DNA of 60,537 bases, counting the filler, from Asterionella formosa (lineage: Eukaryota), in the NCBI GenBank assembly GCA_002256025.1. It is 7 parts of 7 records of this genome, joined end to end, with 100 filler letters (N's around TTAATTAATTAA, not from the genome) between each part and the next. Parts side by side here need not be neighbours in the genome. Positions count along the whole stretch, not along the records: positions 43,347 to 51,895 come from NKIB01012042.1; positions 51,996 to 60,537 come from NKIB01012053.1; 5 more parts are not named here. The stretch is one strand, 5' to 3'. Under the pieces are notes generated by a model. The model made no database searches. It was not told the origin of the DNA and saw only the letters and a list, made by a program, of their open reading frames with translations. Each line of letters begins with the position of its first letter. Positions within the stretch are counted from its first letter, which is position 1. The position numbers were made by a program, and so were the translations under genes. Positions 49,853-60,537 of this stretch are shown one piece after another.

Positions 49853-50644
49853 CAAACGAGCAGCACAAGTGGCTTGAAGTAGCTGCTATCAACGTTCAAG
49901 ATGTCATAAACGAAATAGCTTCTGGAGAGTATATGGCATTCATACCCAACAACGGGATGAACCTGGTGATGATAAGAACAGGTTATGGCAAAAATCTACA
50001 GCGAAATGTAAGGTCACAGCTTCGAAAGTAGCGATGAGCGCGTCATTCTCTCGCTGCTCTGACAGCAAAAGTTTGGTATTTAGCCTCTTTAGTAGATAGC
50101 GACGATGATTCTCCATTTACTGGGGCTAAGTTATGAAAGGGCTTACGAATATAAGAATCGAACCCGGTGGTAGTTCTTGAGCAAGTATCCATCCTACTGA
50201 TGCGACATCGAATGGCGTCTCAATATATATCAATGTAGAGGGCTCGTTGGTTTTGTCTTAATGGAAGGTCAACATATTAACTCGATCGAATAACATTTGA
50301 GTTGCAAACAATTGATAAGTTTGGTTTGCTCAAAGGGACGATTTTAATGATCCACGACCTTTCAAATTGTGATAACAAGCAGCTCTCGAAATTTGATTGA
50401 AATATGAGGGGAGAACAAAATTGAATCTGATTCTGTTGCTGATTAGAGCCTTTCGTACATATGTACAGCTCATTGTTTCGGACGATTAGACTACATCGTA
50501 CTCCGGCGATCTACAAATTGGGTACCACCTCCCTAATATTTTCAATGGAGCAAGGAAGCGAAACAGGGCTTACTTTGTTTAAAGGCAACAATATTTAATT
50601 GTTATTACATATTATGTGAAGAATTCAAGTTTTCGTTGTCTGCC

Positions 50645-51895
50645 TCACATGCAATAGAGGCAAACTAGAAACGCAATAGCTCCTAGAGACCATGCCATGA
50701 GAGGTGATGCCGTTGACGATGGATTACATTCAACCTGGCCGTAGTATGTATTATCACTGTTGCATTGCAAACATACAGATGCTCCACGAGCGCGTCCAAA
50801 GCTATTGAAGGTACCAGGAGGGCAAAGAATGCCGTTACATCCGTACGACTCAACATCACCTGAATTCCAACCAACGTTGTCACAAAAACTAGATGAGAGC
50901 CCTACAATGTTATTCTCGCGAAGATAGATTGTGACTCTATCAAATCGGTCTAGTTCGACCGGAATTGTTCCAGTCAGTACGTTTGATGCGAGATCCACTT
51001 CAAGGTCTGCAGTTGTTGTGATCAAACTCAAGAAGTTCGATGGAATCTGTCCAGTAAGTGCATTGTTTGAGATATCAAGCGTGTCCAGCACATTCAAATC
51101 ATGAAACGCCGGGATCTTCCCAGTGAATTGGTTCGCCCCAAGTCTGAGTACGCGAAGGAATCGAAGTGCAGCGAACGACTCTGGTAACGGTCCATTCAAT
51201 TTGTTGTTTCCCAAATTTAATGACCTCAAGTTGGTCAGACTTAGTAGTTCCTCCGGAAATGGACCTTGAAGCTGAGTGAACCGAAGGTCAAGAATAGTCA
51301 AGAATTCTGCACGATCTAAGTTCTTGAGATCCGCCACCATTGTTGCGTCGAGACGGATGTCAGTCAGTCTTTTAGCCGAACCAATGCTTTCAAAGCTTAC
51401 GTGGATAGGATTAGAGTGCAACCAAAGTGATTTGAGGTTCGTCAACTCAAAAATCTCTGAGTGGACTGTTCCCTGCAGATTGTTATTACCCAAGTCGATA
51501 GATTCAACAGATTTCTTGGTGTTGCAGTTAATTCCGTACCAATTACAAACCGGTTCATCGGTTGTCCATCCGTCGTGGCGATACCAGTCTCGACCTCCAC
51601 ACTGCTGATAAAGGTTTACAAGTAAACTTCTCTCTGTGCCATCTCGGCAGCTTGTACTTCCGAAGTAGGGGGCTTGCGCGTCACTAACACACGCAGAGCA
51701 TGCCAGGGACTGGTTAGCTCGCCCGATAACATTTGCTTTCCCTACAGGACAAAGGAAAGCATCACATCCAGCTCTCGCAATTTGGCCATTCATCCAATTT
51801 GTCTGATTGCAGAAAACAGAGGGGAAACCTGTAATTTTGTTACCTTCAAGATGAATGTTGAGTCCTGGAAGGTCGTTAATACCCGCTGGAACCAC
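50645..51895 (-). CDS. Extracellular LRR receptor-like protein (C-terminal part) with Cys-rich modules and a hydrophobic C-terminus (TM or GPI signal)
   Basis: Plant-type LRRs (LxLxxNxLxGxIP), an LRRNT cap (CNWYGINC), GCDAFLCPVG and GCNGILCPPG modules; 5' end lost in the gap. Confidence 0.9.
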   Translation of the reverse strand: MVPAGINDLPGLNIHLEGNKITGFPSVFCNQTNWMNGQIARAGCDAFLCPVGKANVIGRANQSLACSACVSDAQAPYFGSTSCRDGTERSLLVNLYQQCGGRDWYRHDGWTTDEPVCNWYGINCNTKKSVESIDLGNNNLQGTVHSEIFELTNLKSLWLHSNPIHVSFESIGSAKRLTDIRLDATMVADLKNLDRAEFLTILDLRFTQLQGPFPEELLSLTNLRSLNLGNNKLNGPLPESFAALRFLRVLRLGANQFTGKIPAFHDLNVLDTLDISNNALTGQIPSNFLSLITTTADLEVDLASNVLTGTIPVELDRFDRVTIYLRENNIVGLSSSFCDNVGWNSGDVESYGCNGILCPPGTFNSFGRARGASVCLQCNSDNTYYGQVECNPSSTASPLMAWSLGAIAFLVCLYCM

Positions 51896-52829
51896 NNNNN
51901 NNNNNNNNNNNNNNNNNNNNNNNNNNNNNNNNNNNNNNNTTAATTAATTAANNNNNNNNNNNNNNNNNNNNNNNNNNNNNNNNNNNNNNNNNNNNCAGAT
52001 AGACTCCTACTGCGGCCAAGGTGCAAGCTGTGCCAACACTGCGAATTGACGCCATCATGGTAGAATGCACTTCAGGCCACGAAATGTGGGGACTTGAAAC
52101 ATCCATTTTATGATATTCCGTTCTCAGATCAGATCAGATTTGTGCTTATTGTTCAACAAAAGGAGGCTATAGTGTGAGATGAATGCAATTGAAGTTGGCT
52201 ATGAGCCTAACGAGAACTGCAGAATAAGTAGTCAGCTTCCTTGGACACGGCCATCGGTCAACTCAGTGGGAAAGTCGCAATCAAAGAGGTTGGGGATGAT
52301 GGAAAGTGCTGCAAGAAATTTGTGCGTGGCTGGAACATGATGCGTATTGTTGTTGCTGTGTGTAGACTTCGTAAATATGGAGCACTGAATTTTATTAAGC
52401 CAGTTACAAAATGTAAAACCGGTACCTATATCATCACATCTTGCGCATCCTGGATCAGTCGTGTCTATAACTTGTTCACGACTACCGGTATACCGGTGAC
52501 CGGTAAACATATGTGCATATTTCGTATTCATAGAAGAATAGCTCCTTGACCAGTCTCAAAGCTGTATTCGTATACCGGTAACTGGTTGCAACGTGAAGAT
52601 CAATATAGTTGGTTATGTAGGCCTTAGTACAAATTTTCTTTTGCATTTAATAATTGAGAGTAAAAAATGTTGACTTAGATATATACCGGTATATTGCCCA
52701 CAGCTCATTTCCCCACTAAAGGTATATAAAATCTATCTGTTGTTCTTGTTCATGATCACTGATTTTGTTGCTTGCTTCTTGTTTGCTCCATTGTATTCTT
52801 GTTCACTATGTCAGATCATAGACATAAAT

Positions 52830-53170
52830 AGCCTTGCAGAAAGTTGTGTCAAAATCAAGGGCACTGATGGGGTCCACTTTATGTGCCACCATGTCAACAT
52901 GCTTGGTGTCCATTCTGTCATCTTATTGTTCATCAAGATCTTTCCAAATCTTGAAGTATGCACAGATATATTGTCTTGCTCGCCTTGAAAAATGTCTTAT
53001 TCTTTTTGCTATTCACACTATGTCCCTCGACATGATGCTCTCTTGCACCACATACCTGAAGATCTTGTTCCCTTTTTTCCTCCTTAAAAGTTCTTGGCGC
53101 AACCCCAAGAATAGTCAATTCCCTCTCATGCAAGTTTACAGTGACATTTTGGCGTTTGGTCAAAAAGTAC
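52830..53170 (-). mobile_element. Tc1/IS630-like DDE transposase remnant
   Basis: Manual translation: TPKCHCKLA*EGIDYSWGCAK, then RIRHFSRRARQYICAY and SALDFD. Confidence 0.72.
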
Positions 53171-54454
53171 TCTCATTTCGCTTCCCCTTGAGACTGCAAT
53201 ACATTTGTTTGCTTGAAGATTTCAATTTATTTATTGATTGAAGTCAGGTAGGATTCAAATGAGGAGGGGATGCAGAGTTTCTTGGCTTCAGCGGAATCCA
53301 AATATGTTGTTGCTTTTTCCTGGATGTTTCTTTTTCACCACATTTCTCCTTCTATTCAGATGAATTCACAAAAGTGAGAAGCTTGGGAACTTCTAATACT
53401 GCATTTACTATAACGTAGATATAATCTTTGTATAGTTTTGCCCTTCGTTTGATACTCATATTGGAATACCATCACATACAATGTTCGAAAATATTATTGA
53501 TTCATCTAACTCATAAGGTAAGGCAAATATATTTTTATTTTTTGTGATGCAAACTCAATGAATGCAGGGTCTGTAAAAAATTTGATCTGTATTCAGTGTG
53601 AGCAATCTCCTTGTGCAAAAACTTATTGCAAACCACCCAGGTCTGTATTATTTGAGCCTCACATTTGCTCAATGGCTGTGTTTGCAATTTTTACATGTTT
53701 TACAAATAGCTTTAGTTGGACCTGGTTCTATTCATCTGGGCTTTATTGCCAACAACCTCATTGAAAATTATACCATAAAATACTAAAATTTAAACATATG
53801 GTTTTCATTATTTTTCTATTGCATGTTATGCAGAAAAATCATACAATTTGATGAAAGGTGGCTGCAAGTGATTCTTGAGGTTGCTGATTCTCCCTCCTTC
53901 CATGATAATTTTCTTGAGCTTTGCTTCTGCATTCATCAGTGATGATTCAACTGTAATGAACTTTTTTCTGCTAGAATTTCCAGTGCTCATTGTATTTCTG
54001 TTTGATCATTGCTGCTCAGAAGGCCATTGTCTGCAAAGAATATTGAGCCTATAGATCTTTGATGCCTGAACTTATCATTTGTCTTAGCCCTTTTCAACAG
54101 TCATTCTGTAATCACTGGATCTGTTACAATATTGAAAAAAATTGGTGAGATTCTTATATTGCCATTCTGGCTCATCCGGCTCTTTAGAGTTCATACCGAT
54201 TCGTGATTGCCCCCCCCCCCTTTATGCCTTCTTAATTTTAATTTCAAGGTGCACTGTCTTTATTTAACTATTGACAATGGATCATCATAAATGGTTGAAT
54301 TTGAATGTTGATGGTTTCGCCCATTGGCTCCAGCACTGCAGTGTAAAGTTCTTCAAACTCTGTTTGAATCCGATTTTTCATAACAATACTTAGTAGGTTT
54401 GTTTGGGTTAGGGTCTACAATTCCGGCTGACTTATTCATCGCATTCTGTGCATC

Positions 54455-55020
54455 GAGGTACCAGCTAGAAATGGCATTGAGCAACTTAACGATATATTAT
54501 TCACAGTGTATACATAGATTTTGTCTAATTTTCCAGTTATGACTATTTTTAGTACGACAAAGATGTTCCAGAAGTTGCGCGGGATGCAACATATCAAGCT
54601 TTCTATTAGGTCTTGTGTTTTAGATAATAAGATAAATATGTCGGAAAGTAGCGGTCGGACCGAAAGTGGCAAAAACAATATTATACCATTGAGCCAGCAT
54701 CTCCCGGAGATACACATATACATTTGTGTAGGGAACTTAATATCTAATATATATTTAGTTGCGTTTAACCGGCATGGACCATGTACTTTAGCAGTAAATG
54801 AATCAACTAGTCACTCTTAGTAAATGAATGCAATATTTCTTAAAGGCCAAAAGGTGGAGCCATATTTTTATGTCAGAGACCGTAATTCACATCAGAAATT
54901 GCTTCTGACACACCACAAAATGAAGCAAATCGCAGTCATCTCATTAACAACTATGAAACCTACAGCAAGAATACAGCCTCAACCATCCAAAAAGTAGAAG
55001 GTGATACCTAATTCTTTGGA
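54455..55020. repeat. Dispersed repeat (copy B, uninterrupted)
   Basis: Colinear with 20665-20968 joined to 24051-24340. Confidence 0.88.
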
Positions 55021-56350
55021 TAAAAATGTAGTGTCACTTATTTGAGAAAATATAGTTATGGAATTAGAAACTTTGAAAGGCAAATAACAATGGCAAACTA
55101 CCACATGTTGCAAAATCGAATATTGTTACATCGAAGGCGGCTACACTGGCTTGGCTAAAAAACTATGTTCCAAGTACCATTTGTAGAAGCTAAATAAGGC
55201 GGGAAAGGCAACGAATTCACTAGTAAAATTACCTGCTACTATGAAACTAAATGATTCAAAGTCGTTGGCAGAAATACCTCATCAATTTCTACCCTGATGA
55301 CAAATTCAAGTTTCAATATGCAACTCGAGAAATGCAAGAGAGACTTACTCACGCAAAAGGAAAGGCACCTTGCTGCATTTACTGTAGAAAAGGATGGCAT
55401 GGTTCATCTGGTGTTGAAAGCTTGGGATGAATCCTTTGGCCATAATTGCCACAAACCAAAAAGCTGTTGACTTGCTGAACAAGGTTGGGTCCATTGAACT
55501 ACAAATTGTTGCTCCATCTGGAAAATCAACTGACAAGTAACTCGATTCCACCTTATCTTCAACATCAGCTGGTATTTCCTTGGCACACAAGACATCCCGA
55601 GGTAGATTGGCAAGCCTTTTAGTCTCACCACGTGTATTCTTCTTACTAATTCTGACATTTCAAGTATATGGATGCGAAATTGGCAAGTTAAGTGAACAAA
55701 TTATTCATCAAATATTGGCAGGCTGTAATTTTGAGGATCACATATATTCCTATACAAATATGTATATTAACATAGTAGCACGGATTTGATATAGTCTGGA
55801 GCAATTCAGGCTACTCTAAGTATAGTGATGCAATTGGTGGTGCAATTTTGGTACAAATGCCAATGGGCAGTTGAATTTACGAATAGTTTTCCAGTTTCAT
55901 CCCATTTTGGGAAAAGTTCCGTTAGTCTTCAGGCGCGGTTATATATCTATAATAATGACATTTAATATACCGGGCATGTGGAAGTCCCAACATTTTGAAA
56001 TGTCACCCGATTTACATGCTGAAGGCAATACACGCCCGAGGTGGTCTCATTCCTGCGAGTATACATATGTTCGAGGCTGGGTGACGCGAGAAGGTCACCT
56101 ACGAGTGCAATCCCAGCCGAGTACACATGTGTACGAGAAGGCATGTAGCCACCGAGAAGGTTTTTGCTGAGGCAGCCAATTCACAAACTAGCTATCGTCA
56201 CGCCATTCGCTTACCTACTGCCCACTCATGATTCCGATATTTTGGCGACCGTAGCTAGAAAAGGCCGATTTTGTCGAATTTTTGGACGACGATAGCTATA
56301 CGTTGGCTGGGTCTGATGGCGACTTAGATACATAGGTAACTTTCAAATGG

Positions 56351-56510
56351 CATCAGTATATAACGTCTGGCGAGAAACTGCAGAAAGGAACTTCTGTTTT
56401 TTTACCATGCCAAATAAACAGATTTCCCCCCGAATTTTCGAGTCTTTTTAGAATTGTTAAAAAACCGAAGTTCCTGTCTGCAGTTTCTGACCAGATCCTA
56501 TATACTGACG
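56351..56510. repeat. Inverted repeat with 54-bp arms and a 52-bp spacer
   Basis: 56351-56404 vs the reverse complement of 56457-56510: 45/54 matches by manual count. Confidence 0.9.
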
Positions 56511-57080
56511 ATATATTGAGTGAACAGACCTACACCCCTACTTTTTCCGAAGACTATTTAAGCATATGTAAGGGGTGTCTATTGGTGAAAGCTCCTTTGA
56601 GCGTTAAACCTATTTGATTTATATATGGAAAGTATGTGTTTGATTAGTCTGACTCAATATTATTTTACTAAACCTACCTCGAGCTAGGGGTTCAAATGCA
56701 GCAACCTTAAGGAAACCATTTTATATACTCTACAGATTTTAATAATTTATATCTAGAATTCACCTCGTTTTTGTTCGACTCCTGAAAAGTGGGCAATTCA
56801 CCTTTCACAATGCCAATTGTCGTCCATAATGACCGGTTTGAAGCGAAATCAGTTCAGTGATAACGCCAGTAGCGATTCTTTGTCTAACGGATGCGGTTGG
56901 TTCTTGGATTTCTTGTCTTCTCGAGGGATTCATGTAGTCGCATCGTCCATATTTCGTCGGACGAACGATGATATCAATACATCTGATGTTGGTGGCAAGT
57001 TTATGCTCCGGTCATGTATGGCTGCATGAGATGATGCTTAACGGATATTCTACCGGTAGTCATATAGTCTACTTACGTAC

Positions 57081-58352
57081 GTGGTACTAAAAACAACCAT
57101 GCATGGTTTAAGCTATACTTTAACGCTTGCTTTGAACATGTTGTAATATTATCACTTTGGACTCGGTATTATCTTTACGAGACCTGAATGTTAAATTTTA
57201 TCGTTCACATATTGATTGATTTTATGTACCGTATGCCCGATTTCGTCCTCACAATTATAATTCTCACTCTATCCTGCCTAGTACCGTTGCTCAATTCGGG
57301 CTTGCAACAGGAACTTTCGACTTTCTTATGAGCCCATTGTTACGCTTGTTTGAGCGGATCGGTGAGTACAACAGTGAAACACTGAATTTGATTGTAGATA
57401 CTAATTGTCGAATTTCCGATTTGATTGCTTGCTTCCATTGTCTGTTTTGATCGCTTCCGTCGTCGTTTGTCGTTCCGTACTGTCGTTTTGATTCGATTTT
57501 ATCTATCTACATAAGAACCAATGTATGTTTCGATGACTACTCTTTGACGACATATTTTTGTTGATCATATTTGTTGATGTGTATAGTGTGTTGTTTACCA
57601 TGATGTCAATATTGCCGCCAAGCAATGCTTTTCTTGTACTAACGCGCTTTGCTACATATCTACTACAAGTTCGTATCACAAGCTACATAAATACTCAGCT
57701 AGAGAGAGTCAACAGTGCGGGAGCAGCGTGGTGATCAGACCACGCTTGCTCAGAATGGAATGATCAGGAATGCTTGTTTGGTGGGCGGAGGAATGACTGT
57801 GGCGGAAATACTGCTACTGGTGTCAGGCTACTACAGAGATGTGCATGGTTGTAGCAACCAGACCATTTAAGCTTCATAACGATGCAGGTCTAAATTGGGT
57901 TCAGCTTTTTTCTTCTTATTTCGGTCTTCGATTATGTGGTGATGGAAAGTCAATGTTGCCTGTGTCCATAAGTACTACAATGATTCACAATGCATACGTC
58001 TTGCTCCATTGAAACTCCTATTTTTTACTTCATTTCTAACCCAAAACAATTTTTTCTATTTCTCATTTGACGTTACTTATTACATCGCATTTCATACTTT
58101 GGTTGCTCCAAACATCATGTTCAATTTTCATTGATGTTGCATGTTGTTACAATCATTCTCGTGTGTTTTACGCTTGTTGTACCATCTCCATGCATATTAC
58201 CGTTATTCTGGCTGTCATGCTAAAAATCGGCAATTTAATGCAGAAAAAATCGATGTGCCCCCCCATATTGCCCTTAAATAAAAATTACTTGGAGCCTAAA
58301 AACTACTTAGAAGTACCCGAATGGCAAGACGATAGCTGGAGCGGGAATTGCT
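57081..58352. repeat. Longer copy of the repeat family at 40966-41860
   Basis: Shared ends; ~900 bp (57243-58145) is absent from the 41-kb copy. Confidence 0.8.
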
Positions 58353-58669
58353 TTAACATTAACCAGTATAGGAGTACCGCGGTACTATGTTTTAGGTAGT
58401 ACCTGGTGCCCTGGTACTTGGTACCAGGGTACTCGGATTACTTATGTTCTAACGTAGTGGCCATCATCATACCACCCACAAAATATTCCGCCACATAGTT
58501 GTCATTGCATGTTTGCGCTATGTACATACAAAAAATGTATGCATAATATATGATACTATCAAATGTACACCTATACCGTATATATTGTACATAAAATAGC
58601 AAGAATGACGATGGGCTGATTCGTACCGATAGATTCTTCTCCATTATCTCTTCACATCCATTACAACAG

Positions 58670-59698
58670 ATGACTACGCTTGACTACATTTCCAGTTCCA
58701 TTCTTTCCTTTATACGGGTCATCGACTCGATGGGAGCTGAATCATGGTCAGCTACAGCCGTTGTTTTAACATCTCTGGGCTTGTTATTAGCCACCAAACT
58801 CATTTTTCACAAGCAACATGGGATTGATTGGTATTGTTTCTTGCATGCCATTGTTTCTGCCATTGGCGCTTGCATGTGTGTGTGGCTCAACGTATTTGCG
58901 GCGGAGACAATGACAGGTGTGGCCGGTACGTATGGACCTTTTCTGTTTCGCTGATGTGTCGTATGTTGCATAAAGGATACAGTGAATGCAATGACACGTT
59001 TCAATATCAGTCCTTCTATTGAGAATGTTCAATTTGCACACACTCACCCCAAATCGCAATACAGAGCCACTTCGATCCGTCACCTGCCAAGGTCCCCTCA
59101 CGTCTCTGCATCGAATTATACCCATGATTACCATGGGCTATAGTGTTTTGGATTTACTGGACGGTCTCTCCCTGGGTGTGGATTTTCTTGCCCATGGTGC
59201 GGCGACCTTGACAATAATGGGATTCTTTATTTACAAAGACATTCCGCATGTCATTGTACCCATGTTGTTAATGGAGGTATGTTTGGTCAGTTGACATGTG
59301 AATTAGTTGCTGGACACACGAAGACACTCACCCTTCTCCAATCATGTTAGTTTTCTACCATGTTCCTGACTGTTGTGCGAGCTGACTTTTTCCCCGACTA
59401 CCTGTCCCTATTGAATCAGCTTTGCTTTGTATTTTTCTTTTTTCTATTTCGGATTATCTTAGTTCCCATTATTTGGTACAATTTGGTGGTCACCATATGG
59501 AATGAGCAAGGCTCTGCAGAGTACAAGTCGTGCTTTCCATCCTACTTTTTGCCTGTTGTACTTGTTTTCGGGACTTTCTTTAATTTACTCAATGTTTATT
59601 GGATGTATAAAATATTGAGAAAATTACATCGGAAAATAACTAAAAAGGAGGGCATCAAGCAAAACAATGAGTTGGGGGAAACGAAAAAGAATAAATAA
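58670..59698 (+). CDS. TLC-domain (TRAM/LAG1/CLN8) membrane protein; exons 58670-58925, 59065-59276 and 59351-59698
   Basis: FLHAIVS, TMGYSVLDL, FLAHG, MEFSTMFL, FFLFRI, LNVYWMYKI; two phase-consistent GT-AG introns. Confidence 0.88.
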
Positions 59699-60317
59699 GT
59701 TGTTGATAATTTTTAAAACACCTTTGACACTTCGGGATCGATCGAGGACTTAAAGATGTAAATGCAACCTTTACGTGCAGTAGAAATAATCGATGCAGTG
59801 ATTGGTAACTGCCATCATTGAGTGCGCCGTGGTTATAACCAGTATTTAATAGGAAAACGAATTGCTTCATGTATCTTTCTGGCCACGCTACTCTGTCGGG
59901 GATACCTCCAATTATTCAAAGAAAATTGCTTGTTAGTGCTTAGTAACCAGTAGGCTGTGGCGATGGTGGAACTAACACAGCTAAATTTTGACGAGGAATT
60001 GCATGTCTTCAGCACTGGGATTTTGTCCGAATAATAATCGAAATAGACCAAAGTCGAACAAAAGGCAACTCAAATCCAGAATAGTGCTGACAAAGTGTCT
60101 TTGCTAGAGTGAATATGTTTAGACTCCAAATTAACTAGAAGTATGTTGTGCCATTGTAAGTATGCTAACTAATATAGAGCTATATCCAAGTGGCCGAGGG
60201 GTGGGGAGGCCTATGGATTGGAAATGGTGCTCAGTATCAATTTGAGAAGGAAAGTCAAACGCAGGTTGTTCATTATCTATGCATTTTTGCGAATGGAACA
60301 CAACACGTATTTGTGCT

Positions 60318-60537
60318 TTATTCGAGAGGAATTTCGTCGTCTCTTCTGGCCTTCTTTCTCTTTTTGGTAAAACCTCGCCTCCGGCTAAATGCAGCCTTGA
60401 CAGTCGCTTCTTTTCCCTTTTCCTCCTCCTCCTCCTGAACCTCGTCCACGTCACCTTCTAAGACCATCTTTTCTTGCTGGTCTTCTGCCTCCCTCACCAC
60501 CGCAACAAGCTCGGCTTGTATGGATGGATAAAAAATG
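60318..60537 (-). CDS. Possible C-terminus of a protein (acidic tract plus basic NLS-like tail), partial
   Basis: Open from the window end: ...EVQEEEEEKGKE...TKKRKKARRDDEIPLE*. Confidence 0.45.
   Translation of the reverse strand, partial: IFYPSIQAELVAVVREAEDQQEKMVLEGDVDEVQEEEEEKGKEATVKAAFSRRRGFTKKRKKARRDDEIPLE

Noticed and set aside
42489..51895. Functional cluster of RING, PIG-A, sulfotransferase, lipase and LRR genes
   Set aside because: The RING gene is on a different contig, and the rest is an ordinary compact eukaryotic gene neighbourhood with no evidence of a shared pathway.

Overview
Eukaryotic, intron-containing DNA, most likely from a diatom (stramenopile-type PGRL1, CoDi-like Copia elements, CryptonS-like recombinase, 74-139 nt GT-AG introns). 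The window is not one locus. It is seven ~8.55-kb contigs joined by identical 100-bp N/TTAATTAATTAA/N linkers in descending length order, so adjacency across gaps has no biological meaning. Contigs 1, 2, 4, 5 and much of 3 and 7 are transposon-rich. They hold four Copia LTR elements, a related solo LTR, two tRNA-headed SINE-like insertions with target-site duplications (TSDs), and a 3.1-kb TIR element carrying a captured LRR fragment. They also hold Crypton, Plavaka-like and Tc1/IS630-like remnants, and decayed Ulp1-like, 2OG-Fe(II) dioxygenase, glycosyltransferase and PGRL1 sequences. Intact or gap-truncated host genes: PIG-A/GPI3, a sulfotransferase-like protein, a DUF676 lipase, an LRR surface protein, a RING/coiled-coil protein, a TLC-domain protein and hypothetical proteins. 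The most notable signals are the structured SINE-like RNAs, a Copia with a palindrome/hairpin where the tRNA primer-binding site should be, strong non-coding enrichment of TACCGGTA/GTACCWGGTAC palindromes, and a Pack-CACTA-like element. All calls come from reading by eye; no database searches were run.
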